A DNA stretch of 40,780 nucleotides from Oscillospiraceae bacterium (GTDB lineage: Bacteria; Bacillota; Clostridia; Oscillospirales; Ruminococcaceae): the NCBI GenBank assembly GCA_020024235.1, contig JAHHUA010000001.1:1-40780 (forward strand). The letters run 5' to 3'. How positions within the stretch are numbered: position 1 is the first letter of the stretch; each line of letters begins with the position of its first letter. Made by a program: the position numbers and the translations under genes. This document shows positions 27,297 to 37,604 of the stretch, in pieces. The notes beneath the pieces were generated by a model that made no database searches, was not told where the DNA came from, and worked only from the letters and a program-made list of their open reading frames with translations.

Positions 27297-28043
27297 TTAA
27301 GCTTTGGTTAAGATTATCGGGCCATTGTCCGTAATCAAAATCGAATGCTCAAAGTGAGCTGCCAAACTTCCGCTTTGTGTAAGTACAGTCCATCCGTCCT
27401 TTGAAACTTTTATACCTTCTCCGACTGCATTAACCATAGGTTCAATGGCAATCGTCATACCGGGTACAAGTCTTGGACCTCTTCCGGATTTTCCATAGTT
27501 TGGAACTTCCGGTTCTTCGTGCAGTTCGCTTCCCACACCATGTCCTACAAAATCCTTTACAATAGCAAAACCGTTTTCCTCAACATAGTTCTGTATAGCA
27601 GAGCCTATATCTCCCAGTCTTGCACCGGATTGTGCCCGACTTATGCCTATATAAAGACTTTCTCTGGTAACATCCATAAGTCTTTGGGCTTCGGCGGAAA
27701 CTATGCCTGCAGGGAATGTTGCCGCATTATCTCCATGGTAGCCTTTATAACAAGCTCCCACATCTATGCTGACAATATCTCCTTCTTCAATAATTCTGCT
27801 GCCGGGTATACCGTGAATAACTTCATTATTAATAGAAATGCAGGCTGTTGCCGGAAATCCTCCGTAATTGAGGAATGAGGGAATTGCACCCTGAGATTTT
27901 ATATAATCGTACATCAGCTTATCCAAATACTTGGTGGATACACCAGGTTTTACGGCTTGGCCTCCGACGATAAGTGCCTGAGCTGAAATCCTGCCTGCCT
28001 CTTTCATCAGTTCAATCTCGCTCTTGTTTTTTAGCACAATCAT
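27297..28043 (-). CDS. map: Type I methionine aminopeptidase
   Basis: Metal-ligand motifs are present: IHGIPG, DVGA, HGVG, EPM, EHSILIT. Confidence 0.95.
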   Translation of the reverse strand: MIVLKNKSEIELMKEAGRISAQALIVGGQAVKPGVSTKYLDKLMYDYIKSQGAIPSFLNYGGFPATACISINNEVIHGIPGSRIIEEGDIVSIDVGACYKGYHGDNAATFPAGIVSAEAQRLMDVTRESLYIGISRAQSGARLGDIGSAIQNYVEENGFAIVKDFVGHGVGSELHEEPEVPNYGKSGRGPRLVPGMTIAIEPMVNAVGEGIKVSKDGWTVLTQSGSLAAHFEHSILITDNGPIILTKA

Positions 28044-28045
28044 TT

Positions 28046-28678
28046 TTACGCCTCCAAAGCTTTAAACACTAACTGTGAAGTTTCTTCCACAGTTCCCTCT
28101 CCGGGTATCTCTGCCAATATGCCTTTGGATTCATAATATGCTTTAAGGGGTTCAGTTAATTCATGATAGACTTTAAGTCTTTCCTTAACTGTTTCAGGTT
28201 TGTCATCTTTGCGAACAATGAGGTTTCCGCCGCATTTGTCGCATAACTCACCCTTTTTAGATGGATTATTTTCTATATGATAGGAAGCGGAGCATTTTTC
28301 GCATACTCTTCTTCCTGTCATTCTGCCTTCGATAAGGCTGTCGGATACTTCAATATCAATAACCTTATCCATGGTAACACCCATCTTATCCAAAGCCTCT
28401 GCCTGTGGTACTGTGCGTGGGAATCCATCAAGAATAAATCCCTTAGCGCAGTCATCTTTTTGCAGACGCTCTTTAATTATTCCGATTACCACTTCATCAG
28501 GAACCAAAGCTCCGGCATCCATAAAAGATTTAGCTTTAAGTCCCAATTCGGTTTCATTTCTTACAGCCTCTTTGAGAATGTTTCCTGTGCTGATTTGCGG
28601 AATGTCATAATGCGTACTAATTACTTCCGCCTGTGTGCCTTTTCCGGCACCGGGAGCACCTAAAAGAATTATCTTCAT
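28046..28678 (-). CDS. adk: Adenylate kinase
   Basis: P-loop GAPGAGKGTQ and a Zn-lid CEKC...CDKCGG. Confidence 0.96.
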   Translation of the reverse strand: MKIILLGAPGAGKGTQAEVISTHYDIPQISTGNILKEAVRNETELGLKAKSFMDAGALVPDEVVIGIIKERLQKDDCAKGFILDGFPRTVPQAEALDKMGVTMDKVIDIEVSDSLIEGRMTGRRVCEKCSASYHIENNPSKKGELCDKCGGNLIVRKDDKPETVKERLKVYHELTEPLKAYYESKGILAEIPGEGTVEETSQLVFKALEA

Positions 28679-28700
28679 TTGAAATCAAACCTTCTTTCAA

Positions 28701-30011
28701 TTACTCAAGGAATCCCTTATAGTGGCGCATCATCATTTTAGACTCCAGTTGACGTACAGTATCCAAAGCTACGCCCACTAAAATTATAACAGTTGTTCCG
28801 CCCAATGCTACATTAATCTTAGTAATGGAGGTAACTGCTATAGGAAGTATAGCGATAATACCAAGGAAAATACCACCGATAAATGTAATTTTACTTACAA
28901 TTTTTGCAATAAAATCAGAAGTAGGTCTTCCCGGTCTGATACCTGGAATTGTACCGTTGTTAGACTTGAGTCCGTTTGCTATTTCAATCGGATTATACTG
29001 AATTGAAATATAGAAATAGTTAAATGCTAATATAAGCAGCAGATAAATCACTGCATAGGTAAATGAGTTGTATCTGAAAAGGCTGAGGAAACCGTCCCAG
29101 AAACCCCCTGGTTTTGGAGCGACAAATCCTGCAATCATACCGGGAATAGCCAGCAAGGAGCTTGCAAAAATAACCGGCATAACACCTGACATATTTACCT
29201 TAATCGGAATGTAAGTGGATTGACCACCGTACATTTTTCTTCCTACAACTCTTTTTGCGTACATAATCGGAATACGACGTTCAGCTTCTGTCATAACAAT
29301 GATAAAGCCTATAACAATTACAAACAAAACTACAATAAAAGGAACAGTGATAAAGTAAATACTGTATTGACCGCCCTTAGTAGCAAGTTTAAGATAGTTG
29401 TACATCGTAGCGATTACAGATGGCAATCTTGAAACGATACCGGCAAACAATAACATTGAGATACCATTGCCTATACCTTTTTCATCAATTCTTTCTCCCA
29501 ACCAAATTACAAACATTGCACCGCCAACAAAACAGAAAACAATTACAAATTGTGCAAAAATTCCTTCTGCACCTGCTGAGTATTTAAGAGCTCCTGCGTG
29601 TTTGAGGAGTTTCATATAGCCATAACCTTCCAGCAAAGCTAAACCTACAGCAGTGTATCTTGTTATTTTATTCAGCTGTCTTCTGCCTTCTGCACCTTCC
29701 TTAGCAAGATTTTCAAGATAAGGAATTACAACTGCCATAAGCTGAACAACAATTGATGCGGTAATATATGGGGAAATGTTAAGTGCAAATAAAGTGGATC
29801 TGGAGAACGCACCACCGGAAAGAACATCAATGAAACCAAAAAGTCCACCGTTTGCGCTTTGTTCTGCAATCATTGCACCCAGTTTAGTGGGATCCAGGAA
29901 TGGAGCGGGGATAGCTGATCCTATTCTGAAAATCAGAATAATCATCAGTGTGTAGAGCATCTTTTTTCTTAAATCTTCAATCTTCCATGCATTTTTGAAA
30001 GTTTCGATCAC
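28701..30011 (-). CDS. secY: Preprotein translocase subunit SecY
   Basis: 436 aa with a 10-TM profile. Typical SecY N-terminus (LRKKMLYTLMIILIFRIGSAIPAP) and position after rplO. Confidence 0.96.
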   Translation of the reverse strand: MIETFKNAWKIEDLRKKMLYTLMIILIFRIGSAIPAPFLDPTKLGAMIAEQSANGGLFGFIDVLSGGAFSRSTLFALNISPYITASIVVQLMAVVIPYLENLAKEGAEGRRQLNKITRYTAVGLALLEGYGYMKLLKHAGALKYSAGAEGIFAQFVIVFCFVGGAMFVIWLGERIDEKGIGNGISMLLFAGIVSRLPSVIATMYNYLKLATKGGQYSIYFITVPFIVVLFVIVIGFIIVMTEAERRIPIMYAKRVVGRKMYGGQSTYIPIKVNMSGVMPVIFASSLLAIPGMIAGFVAPKPGGFWDGFLSLFRYNSFTYAVIYLLLILAFNYFYISIQYNPIEIANGLKSNNGTIPGIRPGRPTSDFIAKIVSKITFIGGIFLGIIAILPIAVTSITKINVALGGTTVIILVGVALDTVRQLESKMMMRHYKGFLE

Positions 30012-30012
30012 T

Positions 30013-30453
30013 CTACTTCACCTCAGCCTTTCCACCAGCCTCCTCTATTTTCTGCTTAGCAGACGCTGTGAATTTTACAGCATTAACTGTAAGTTTTTTG
30101 TTAAGCTCACCGTTTCCGAGAACTTTAACGCCGTCTAAGGTTTTCTTTAATATACCTGCTTTTACGAGTGCTTCTGCATCTACAACAGCTCCGTCTTCAA
30201 ATTTATTGAGGTCGGATACATTGATTTCTGCGTAATGTTTAGCAAAAATGTTGTGGAAGCCTCTCTTTGGAATTCTTCTTTGCAAAGGCATCTGGCCACC
30301 TTCAAAACCGGGTCTTACTCCGCCGCCGGAACGTGCGTTTTGACCTTTATGACCCTTGCCTGCTGTCTTACCATTACCTGAACCTGCGCCTCTTCCTACT
30401 CTGAAAGCTTTTTTTGCAGATCCTGATGCTGGAGAAAGTTCGTGCAATCTCAT
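30013..30453 (-). CDS. rplO: 50S ribosomal protein L15
   Basis: [47 protein letters not shown] followed by 6 nt points to the ATG at 30453. The ORF-track start at 30462 is a GTG inside the SD. Confidence 0.95.
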   Translation of the reverse strand: MRLHELSPASGSAKKAFRVGRGAGSGNGKTAGKGHKGQNARSGGGVRPGFEGGQMPLQRRIPKRGFHNIFAKHYAEINVSDLNKFEDGAVVDAEALVKAGILKKTLDGVKVLGNGELNKKLTVNAVKFTASAKQKIEEAGGKAEVK

Positions 30454-30474
30454 TTCCTGCACCTCCTTGCTTTA

Positions 30475-30648
30475 TTATGCTTCAGTTACTTCAACCAAGT
30501 GGCAAATCTTAAAGATTTTACCCTTTGTTGCAGCATTGTCAGGCTGAATTGATACAGCACCGATTTTACGAAGGCCTAGAGAATGAGCAGTGGCAATTTG
30601 GTCTTGTTTTCTGCCGACCAGGCTTTTTACGAGCTTAATCTTAACCAT
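30475..30648 (-). CDS. rpmD: 50S ribosomal protein L30
   Basis: Not in the ORF track. Hand translation gives MVKIKLVKSLVGRKQDQIATAHSLGLRKIGAVSIQPDNAATKGKIFKICHLVEVTEA (57 aa). SD is GGAGGAAAAAG. Confidence 0.92.
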   Translation of the reverse strand: MVKIKLVKSLVGRKQDQIATAHSLGLRKIGAVSIQPDNAATKGKIFKICHLVEVTEA

Positions 30649-30662
30649 TGTGCTTTTTCCTC

Positions 30663-31163
30663 CTAACCTAAAATTTCTCTTGGTGTCTTTCCTCTGATGT
30701 CTGCTACTTCTTTAGCATCTCTCAAAGAACCCAAACCTTGAATTGTAGATCTAACTACATTGCAAGGATTGTTGGAACGCAAGCATTTTGTTCTGATATC
30801 CTTGATACCTGCTGTTTCGAGAACTGCACGAACAGGGCCGCCTGCGATAACTCCGGTACCTTCTGGAGCCGGCTTCATCAATACTCTAGCTGCACCGAAT
30901 TTACCAATGATTTCATGTGGTATTGTTGTGCCTCTGAGAGAAACCTTGATGAGGTTTTTCTTTGCGTCTTCTATTCCCTTACGAATAGCGTCGGGAACTT
31001 CGGATGACTTACCAAGTCCGAATCCTACTGTACCGTTGCCGTCTCCGACAACTACCAAAGCTGCGAACTTGAATATACGTCCACCTTTTACTGTTTTAGC
31101 AACACGGTTGATTGTTACAACTTTTTCTGTCAAATCAAGTGTTGTTGGGTCTATAAGTGCCAA
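30663..31163 (-). CDS. rpsE: 30S ribosomal protein S5
   Basis: [38 protein letters not shown]. The ORF-track GTG at 31208 overlaps rplR. GAAGGAGGG followed by 6-7 nt points to the TTG at 31163 (166 aa, starting MALIDPTT). Confidence 0.93.
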   Translation of the reverse strand: MALIDPTTLDLTEKVVTINRVAKTVKGGRIFKFAALVVVGDGNGTVGFGLGKSSEVPDAIRKGIEDAKKNLIKVSLRGTTIPHEIIGKFGAARVLMKPAPEGTGVIAGGPVRAVLETAGIKDIRTKCLRSNNPCNVVRSTIQGLGSLRDAKEVADIRGKTPREILG

Positions 31164-31179
31164 AAGTATCCCTCCTTCA

Positions 31180-31539
31180 TTAGAATTTGAGTCCGCCCTC
31201 ACGAGCACCCTCAGCTAACTCTTGTACACGTCCGTGATAAATGTAACCGCTACGGTCAAATACAACTTCGGAAATTCCCTTAGCCACTGCTCTTTCAGCT
31301 ACTGTTGTGCCTATTTTGCGAGCTGCTTCCTTGTTGCCGCCGTTGCCGTCAAAATCTTTATCCATTGTAGATGCACTGACAAGTGTCTTGCCTGTTTCAT
31401 CATCTATAATTTGTGCGTAGATGTGTTTAGCGGAGCGGAATACTGATAGACGAGGACGTGCAGTTGTTCCGCTTATTTTACGACGAACTCTTGCATGTCT
31501 TTTAAGCCTTGCTTTATTGCTGTCAAGCTTTGAAACCAT
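31180..31539 (-). CDS. rplR: 50S ribosomal protein L18
   Basis: [37 protein letters not shown]... Confidence 0.96.
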   Translation of the reverse strand: MVSKLDSNKARLKRHARVRRKISGTTARPRLSVFRSAKHIYAQIIDDETGKTLVSASTMDKDFDGNGGNKEAARKIGTTVAERAVAKGISEVVFDRSGYIYHGRVQELAEGAREGGLKF

Positions 31540-31558
31540 GTCAATTTCACTCCTTTAA

Positions 31559-32104
31559 TTATTTCTTGCCTTTACCTGCTTTACCTTCCTTGCGGATGAT
31601 AAATTCGTCAATATACTTAATACCCTTGCCCTTGTAAGGTTCCGGTGGACGTTTTTCTCTTACTTCAGCAGCAAATTGTCCAACCTTCTGCTTATCGGGA
31701 CCACTGATAATAATTTTGTTTGGAGCAGGAACATCGATTGTAATACCATCGATTTCAGGCATAATAACCTGGTGTGAAAAGCCCAGTGTCATAACCAGGT
31801 CTTTACCCTGCTTTGCTACACGGTAACCAGTACCGTTTACTTCCAGTTCCTTTTTGAAACCTTCGGAAACGCCAACAACCATGTTGTTGATAAGTGTTCT
31901 TGTAAGGCCGTGCAGACTTCTATGTTCTTTTTCGTCAGAAGGACGAGTTACGATGATTTCATTTCCTTCAAGAGCGATAGACATATCAGAACTGAATGTA
32001 TTTTCAAGTGAACCCTTAGGTCCCTTAACAGATACATGGTTACCGTCTATTTTAACTTCTACTCCGGCAGGAATTGTAATAGGTTTTCTTCCTATACGAG
32101 ACAT
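31559..32104 (-). CDS. rplF: 50S ribosomal protein L6
   Basis: [31 protein letters not shown]... Confidence 0.96.
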   Translation of the reverse strand: MSRIGRKPITIPAGVEVKIDGNHVSVKGPKGSLENTFSSDMSIALEGNEIIVTRPSDEKEHRSLHGLTRTLINNMVVGVSEGFKKELEVNGTGYRVAKQGKDLVMTLGFSHQVIMPEIDGITIDVPAPNKIIISGPDKQKVGQFAAEVREKRPPEPYKGKGIKYIDEFIIRKEGKAGKGKK

Positions 32105-32119
32105 ATTTATTGCACCTCC

Positions 32120-32518
32120 TTACCAAATAAATGCCAATACTTCGCCGCCGACATTCTCTTTACGAGCTTGTTTGTCGGTCATTACACCCTTAGATGTGGA
32201 AATTATAGCAACTCCGAGGCCTCTCATAACCTTTGGCAGTTGTTCACTTCCGGAGTAAATTCTAAGACCAGGTTTGGAAACTCTGCGCAAACCTTGGATA
32301 ACTTGGGATTTACCTGGGCCATATTTTAGCGTTATATGGATTATTCCTTGTTTACCGTCATCAATAATTTCAAAAGCCTTGATGTAGCCTTCGTCCAACA
32401 GGATTTGAGCTATGGATTTCTTCATATTTGATGAAGGAATATCTACTGTATCATGTTTCGCTGAATTTGCGTTTCTAATGCGTGTCAGCATGTCAGCGAT
32501 TGCATCAGTAATATGCAT
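32120..32518 (-). CDS. rpsH: 30S ribosomal protein S8
   Basis: [27 protein letters not shown]...GGEVLAFIW. Confidence 0.96.
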   Translation of the reverse strand: MHITDAIADMLTRIRNANSAKHDTVDIPSSNMKKSIAQILLDEGYIKAFEIIDDGKQGIIHITLKYGPGKSQVIQGLRRVSKPGLRIYSGSEQLPKVMRGLGVAIISTSKGVMTDKQARKENVGGEVLAFIW

Positions 32519-32543
32519 GACGTCAACCTCCTTTGCTCGTAAA

Positions 32544-32729
32544 TTACCAGCTTGCTTTCTTTACGCCTGGGATTTGACCCTTATAAGCAAGCTCTCTGAA
32601 GCAGATACGGCAAATTCCGTATTTGCGAAGATATGCGTGTGGTCTGCCGCAGATTTTGCATCTGTTGTAAGCTCTGGTAGAGAACTTAGGTGCAGCCTGT
32701 TGTTTATTAATCATAGACTTCTTAGCCAT
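32544..32729 (-). CDS. rpsN: 30S ribosomal protein S14 type Z (Zn-binding, 61 aa)
   Basis: [11 protein letters not shown]...[38 protein letters not shown]. Confidence 0.95.
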   Translation of the reverse strand: MAKKSMINKQQAAPKFSTRAYNRCKICGRPHAYLRKYGICRICFRELAYKGQIPGVKKASW

Positions 32730-32743
32730 TAATTCTCTCCTCC

Positions 32744-33283
32744 TTACTTAGCGAACGGAGCGCCCATCATAGCCAAAAGCTCGCGAGCTTCTTCGTCTGT
32801 ATTTGCAGTGGTAACAAAACAAATGTCCATACCACGAATTTTGTCAATTTTATCGTATTCAATTTCAGGGAAAATAAGCTGTTCCTTAATACCGAAAGCA
32901 TAGTTGCCTCTGCCGTCGAAACCGTTAGGGTTAATTCCTCTGAAGTCACGTACTCTTGGGAGAGCTACATTAAAAAGTCTGTCCAAGAATTCGTACATAC
33001 GTTCTCCTCTCAGTGTAACTTTAGCGCCGATAACCATACCTTCACGCAATTTAAAGTTAGCAACTGATTTTTTTGCCTTACATGGGAAAGCTTTCTGACC
33101 TGTAATTTTTGCCAAATCGCCAAAAATGCTTTCCATTACTTTTTGGTTGTCTCTTGCTTCACCGCAGCCAACGTTGATTACTATCTTCTCAAGCTTGGGG
33201 ATCTGCATGACACTCTTGTAGCCGAACTTTTTATTAAGAGCAGGAGCTACTTCGTTTTTATATTGTTCTTGTAGTCTAGCCAT
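32744..33283 (-). CDS. rplE: 50S ribosomal protein L5
   Basis: [39 protein letters not shown]... Confidence 0.96.
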   Translation of the reverse strand: MARLQEQYKNEVAPALNKKFGYKSVMQIPKLEKIVINVGCGEARDNQKVMESIFGDLAKITGQKAFPCKAKKSVANFKLREGMVIGAKVTLRGERMYEFLDRLFNVALPRVRDFRGINPNGFDGRGNYAFGIKEQLIFPEIEYDKIDKIRGMDICFVTTANTDEEARELLAMMGAPFAK

Positions 33284-33299
33284 GTTTTATCCTCCTTAC

Positions 33300-33617
33300 T
33301 TAGAATGTTGCGCCGCACTTTTTGCAAAGACGTTCTTTTTTACCGTCAGGACCAATCTTGGAAGCTGTTCTTGTTGTTTTACCGCATTTGGGGCAAACCA
33401 AGTTTACTTTGGAAGCATACAAAGCACCTTCGGCTTTAACAATACCGCCGTTTTCGCCTTGTCTTCTTGGTTTAACATGTTTAGTTACCATGTTGCAGCC
33501 TTCAACAATAACTTTTTGTTCCTTTGGGCTAACTTCAAGCACTTTGCCCTGTTTGCCCTTGTCCTTGCCTGACAGAATAGCGACTGTATCGCCGGTTTTA
33601 ACATGTAGTTTATTCAC
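33300..33617 (-). CDS. rplX: 50S ribosomal protein L24 (with C-terminal CxxC...CxxC)
   Basis: KOW motif VKTGDTVAILSGKDKGKQGKVLEV. The C-terminus is CPKCGKTTRTASKIGPDGKKERLCKKCGATF. Confidence 0.95.
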   Translation of the reverse strand: MNKLHVKTGDTVAILSGKDKGKQGKVLEVSPKEQKVIVEGCNMVTKHVKPRRQGENGGIVKAEGALYASKVNLVCPKCGKTTRTASKIGPDGKKERLCKKCGATF

Positions 33618-33633
33618 CTGTCATGCACCTCCA

Positions 33634-34002
33634 TTAAAGCACCTCTGGGGCGAGGCTCAAAATCTTTGTATAATCTTTTTCACGAAGTTCTCTTGCCACC
33701 GGGCCAAAGATACGTGTTCCCCTTGGATTCTTATCATCTCTGATAATAACTGCTGCGTTCTCGTCAAATCTGATGTATGTTCCATCATCTCTTCTGATAC
33801 CCTTAGCAGAACGAACTATTACTGCTTTTACTACGTCGCCCTTCTTGACAACGCCGCCGGGAGCAGCTTTCTTAACAGAAGCTACAACTACATCTCCGAT
33901 GTTAGCGTATCTTCTTCTTGTACCGCCCAGCACTCTGATACACATAAGCTCTTTAGCTCCGGTGTTATCAGCAACTTTCATATAGGTTTGCATCTGTATC
34001 AC
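33634..34002 (-). CDS. rplN: 50S ribosomal protein L14
   Basis: [30 protein letters not shown] start 6 nt after AAAGGAGGAA. Confidence 0.96.
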   Translation of the reverse strand: MIQMQTYMKVADNTGAKELMCIRVLGGTRRRYANIGDVVVASVKKAAPGGVVKKGDVVKAVIVRSAKGIRRDDGTYIRFDENAAVIIRDDKNPRGTRIFGPVARELREKDYTKILSLAPEVL

Positions 34003-34135
34003 AGCGCGTTCCTCCTTTCGGTTTTAAACTAATTTACCAGTACCCTCTTTTTATGAGGGGGCAACTACCTGCAACCGTTTTATGCAGGCGCTTAAATTAG
34101 CAGATTAGGAGTATATATTTAATCCTAAAAAGTAA

Positions 34136-34393
34136 TTACTTAGCCTTTTCAATAATTCCGGCTACTCTCCATCTCTTATCCTTGGAAAGTGGGCGTGTTT
34201 CCATGATAGAAACCTTATCGCCTATGCCGCATTCGTTATTTTCATCATGTGCCTTAACTTTAACTGTGCGCTTGATGATCTTCTTGTAGAGCGGGTGTTT
34301 AACGTTGTCCTTAATAGCTACAACAACAGTTTTGTCCATCTTGTCGCTTACAACAACACCTGTTCTTGTTTTTCTGAGGTTTCTTTCGCTCAT
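34136..34393 (-). CDS. rpsQ: 30S ribosomal protein S17
   Basis: [21 protein letters not shown]...[29 protein letters not shown]. Confidence 0.96.
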   Translation of the reverse strand: MSERNLRKTRTGVVVSDKMDKTVVVAIKDNVKHPLYKKIIKRTVKVKAHDENNECGIGDKVSIMETRPLSKDKRWRVAGIIEKAK

Positions 34394-34415
34394 AGCTTAG
34401 TCCTCCCTTCCCATA

Positions 34416-34610
34416 TTACTGCACGTTTTCTTTTTCAGTGATAACTGTCTTTATGCGCGCAATGTCTTTCTTAACAGCCTTCATACGCATTGGGTTTTCA
34501 AGCTGATTAATAGCGTGCTGGAAGCGTAAGTTGAAAAGCTCAGCTTTGAGGTCGGACAGCTTTTCATTAAGTTCGCCAACAGAAAGTTCTCTAATCTCGC
34601 TAGCCTTCAT
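34416..34610 (-). CDS. rpmC: 50S ribosomal protein L29
   Basis: [31 protein letters not shown]. The start overlaps the rplP stop by 1 nt. Confidence 0.95.
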   Translation of the reverse strand: MKASEIRELSVGELNEKLSDLKAELFNLRFQHAINQLENPMRMKAVKKDIARIKTVITEKENVQ

Positions 34611-35035
34611 TACTCTTCACTCCCCTTCTCTTCCTTAACAACAAATTTACATTTAATAGGCAACTTGTGAGCTGCAAGACGCATAGCTTCTCTTGCAAGT
34701 TCTTCGGAAACGCCGCCGATTTCAAACATAACTCTTCCCGGCTTAACTACAGCTGCCCAGTATTCAGGGCTACCTTTACCGGAACCCATACGTGTTTCAG
34801 CAGGTTTTTCTGTAATTGGCTTATCTGGGAAAATCTTAATCCAAACTTGACCGCCACGTTTAATGTAACGAGTCATGGCAATACGAGCAGCTTCTATTTG
34901 GTTGGATGTAATCCAAGCTGGCTCCAGAGCCTGCAAACCAAATTGACCGTAAGTAACGGTGTTGCCTCTCATAGCCTTACCTGTAAGTCTGCCTCTGTGA
35001 ACTCTTCTGTATTTAACTCTTTTTGGTAGAAGCAT
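34610..35035 (-). CDS. rplP: 50S ribosomal protein L16
   Basis: [21 protein letters not shown]... Confidence 0.96.
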   Translation of the reverse strand: MLLPKRVKYRRVHRGRLTGKAMRGNTVTYGQFGLQALEPAWITSNQIEAARIAMTRYIKRGGQVWIKIFPDKPITEKPAETRMGSGKGSPEYWAAVVKPGRVMFEIGGVSEELAREAMRLAAHKLPIKCKFVVKEEKGSEE

Positions 35036-35724
35036 TACTTGTTGCCTCCTTCCTTACGAGCTTGTGGCTTCTTTGTGCCTTGGAGCACTTCGCCAACATA
35101 AATGAGAACCTTTACACCAAGTTTACCGTAAGTTGTATCTGCTTCTGCAAAGCCATAGTCAATGTCAGCTCTGATTGTCTGAAGCGGAATAGTACCTTCG
35201 TGGTAATGTTCGGTTCTTGCGATTTCTGCGCCGCCTACACGGCCGCTTACTGTTACTTTAATACCCTTTGCACCGAGTTTCATTGTTCTGCCGATGGATT
35301 GTTTCATGGCTCTGCGGAAAGAAACTCTGTTTTCAAGCTGTGCAGCAATGTTTTCTGCAACCAGCTGTGCATTTTTGTCAGGTTGTTTAACTTCAATAAC
35401 ATTAACAATAACATCAAGTTTGTTTTCTCTGTTTTTGTTAACTATTTTGTCTACATCCTTTTTAAGTTCTTCAATTGCAGCTCCACCCTTACCGATTACG
35501 ATTCCGGGTTTAGCGCAATGGATGTGGATCTTGATTCTGCTAGGATCTCTTTCGATTTCGATACGCGGAATACCTGCTTCGTAAAGTTTCTTTTTGAGAT
35601 ACTTACGGATGTTGTAGTCCTCTACCAAGGTGTCGCCGAAAGCATCGTCTCTAGCAAACCAGCGAGAATCCCAATCTTTAATTACACCGACACGAAGTCC
35701 GTGTGGATTTACCTTCTGGCCCAT
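35035..35724 (-). CDS. rpsC: 30S ribosomal protein S3
   Basis: [24 protein letters not shown]... Confidence 0.96.
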   Translation of the reverse strand: MGQKVNPHGLRVGVIKDWDSRWFARDDAFGDTLVEDYNIRKYLKKKLYEAGIPRIEIERDPSRIKIHIHCAKPGIVIGKGGAAIEELKKDVDKIVNKNRENKLDVIVNVIEVKQPDKNAQLVAENIAAQLENRVSFRRAMKQSIGRTMKLGAKGIKVTVSGRVGGAEIARTEHYHEGTIPLQTIRADIDYGFAEADTTYGKLGVKVLIYVGEVLQGTKKPQARKEGGNK

Positions 35725-35746
35725 TAGCTTTACCTCCTCTTTCAGC

Positions 35747-36082
35747 TTATTCTTTTTCTCTTAAAACCAATGTTACATGGCTGCTTCTCTTTAAAATCTT
35801 ATAAGCTCTGCCTTGTGCTCTTGGTCTGATTCTTTTCATTATTGTGCCGGGGCTAACAAAACATTCTGCAACATAAAGGTTGTTTTTGTCCATGTTGTGG
35901 TTGTTTTCAGCGTTAGCTATGGCAGATTTTAGAAGCTTTTCCAATGGCTCGCATGCAGCCTTTGGAGTGTGTTTTAGAGTTGCCATTGCAATCTCTACCG
36001 GCTTGTTTCTTATTTGGTCAAGCACGATTTGCACTTTTCTTGGTGAGATGCGTGCGTTTCTTAAATAAGCTCTTGCTTCCAT
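35747..36082 (-). CDS. rplV: 50S ribosomal protein L22
   Basis: [28 protein letters not shown]... Confidence 0.96.
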   Translation of the reverse strand: MEARAYLRNARISPRKVQIVLDQIRNKPVEIAMATLKHTPKAACEPLEKLLKSAIANAENNHNMDKNNLYVAECFVSPGTIMKRIRPRAQGRAYKILKRSSHVTLVLREKE

Positions 36083-36105
36083 TTTTTATCCTCCTTTCGG
36101 CACTC

Positions 36106-36378
36106 TTACTTAGTTTTATTTGCTCCGGCGTGGCCTTTAAATGTTCTTGTTGGAGCAAATTCACCCAATTTGTGTCCTACCATATCTTCTGTAACATAAA
36201 CCGGAACATGCTTGCGTCCGTCATGTACTGCGAATGTGTGTCCAACGAAATCAGGGAATATTGTTGATGATCTGCTCCATGTTTTGAGAACTTTCTTTTC
36301 GCCGTTTTCGTTCATTTCCTTTACTCTTTTAAGAAGAACAGGCTGAACGAAAGGTCCTTTTTTAACACTTCTACCCAT
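36106..36378 (-). CDS. rpsS: 30S ribosomal protein S19
   Basis: [11 protein letters not shown]...[46 protein letters not shown]. Confidence 0.96.
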   Translation of the reverse strand: MGRSVKKGPFVQPVLLKRVKEMNENGEKKVLKTWSRSSTIFPDFVGHTFAVHDGRKHVPVYVTEDMVGHKLGEFAPTRTFKGHAGANKTK

Positions 36379-36405
36379 GTTTTAGTTGCCTCCTTTCAGC
36401 TCGCC

Positions 36406-37239
36406 TTACTTAGAGCCTCTGCGTTTAACAATATATTTGTCTGTGCGGTTTGTCTTCTTTCTGGTCTTGTAACCGAGAGCCGGTTTACCCCAAGGAGTAA
36501 CAGGTCCTGGACGACCAACTGGAGATTTACCTTCACCACCACCGTGAGGGTGATCGCATGGGTTCATTACGGAACCGCGTACTGTAGGTCTCCAGCCCAT
36601 GTGGCGCTTACGTCCTGCTTTACCGATGGATACGTTTTCGTGGTCAATGTTTCCAACCTGACCGATTGTAGCCATACAGTTAATCGGAACATTTCTTAAT
36701 TCGGAAGAAGGAAGTCTGATAAGAGCATATCCGTTTTCCTTAGCCATGAGCTGTGCCTGAATGCCGGCTGCTCTTGCAAGCTGAGCTCCCTTGCCGGGAT
36801 AAAGTTCAACGTTGTGGATAAATGTACCAACAGGAATGTTAGCAAGCGGAAGAGCGTTTCCGGGCTTAATGTCAGCTTCTGCTCCGGCAACAATTTTGTC
36901 GCCTACTTTAAGTCCAAAAGGAGCCAAGATGTAACGCTTCTCGCCGTCTTCATATTGAACCAAAGCGATATGTGCGCTTCTGTTCGGGTCATATTCAAGA
37001 GTCATAACTTCAGCAGTCATGTTGAGTTTGTTTCTCTTAAAATCGATAATACGATATTTTCTTCTGTTTCCGCCGCCTCTGTGACGAACTGTAATTCTAC
37101 CTGTGTTGTTTCTACCTGAGCTCTTCTTGAGATTTTCCAAGAGGCTTCTTTCAGGGGCAACTTTTGATAGAGTAGAATAATCTGTCACTGTCATCTCACG
37201 GAGAGATGGGGTGGTAGGTTTGTAGCTTTTTATAGCCAT
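36406..37239 (-). CDS. rplB: 50S ribosomal protein L2
   Basis: [14 protein letters not shown]...[11 protein letters not shown]. Confidence 0.96.
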   Translation of the reverse strand: MAIKSYKPTTPSLREMTVTDYSTLSKVAPERSLLENLKKSSGRNNTGRITVRHRGGGNRRKYRIIDFKRNKLNMTAEVMTLEYDPNRSAHIALVQYEDGEKRYILAPFGLKVGDKIVAGAEADIKPGNALPLANIPVGTFIHNVELYPGKGAQLARAAGIQAQLMAKENGYALIRLPSSELRNVPINCMATIGQVGNIDHENVSIGKAGRKRHMGWRPTVRGSVMNPCDHPHGGGEGKSPVGRPGPVTPWGKPALGYKTRKKTNRTDKYIVKRRGSK

Positions 37240-37307
37240 TTTAAATTCAACTCCCTCATAATAGTGTCGGGATTATGAGATCCCATAATTTTTATGCCCT
37301 TTTGGGA

Positions 37308-37604
37308 CTACATCATGCTCTCGAAGAACTCTATTGTCTTGGAGCCTTCCTTAAGAGTAATGATAGCTTTTTTCCAGTCAGATGTGTATCCTGCGGTTCT
37401 GCCCATTCTCTTAAGTCTGCCTTTGCAGTTCATTGTATTAACCTTGAGAACTTCTGTTCCCGGGAACAATGCTTCGCAAGCTTTTGCAATTTCAATCTTG
37501 TTAGCATCCTTTGCTACTTTGAATGTATACTTCTTCATAGCAACGCCTGCCATGGATTTTTCAGTAATGATTGGCTTGATGATAATATCTTGGGGTGCCT
37601 TCAT
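37308..37604 (-). CDS. rplW: 50S ribosomal protein L23
   Basis: MKAPQDIIIKPIITEKSM... The ATG at 37604 overlaps the rplD TAA stop by 1 nt (TAATG). The ORF-track start at 37634 lies inside rplD. Confidence 0.94.
   Translation of the reverse strand: MKAPQDIIIKPIITEKSMAGVAMKKYTFKVAKDANKIEIAKACEALFPGTEVLKVNTMNCKGRLKRMGRTAGYTSDWKKAIITLKEGSKTIEFFESMM

Noticed and set aside
33322-34032. 236-aa plus-strand ORF antisense to rplX-rplN
   Set aside because: It is a shadow ORF opposite highly expressed r-protein genes. The sequence is low-complexity with no RBS and no family resemblance.
35023-35727. 234-aa plus-strand ORF antisense to rpsC
   Set aside because: The same reasoning applies: it is a mirror ORF of rpsC with no independent coding evidence.
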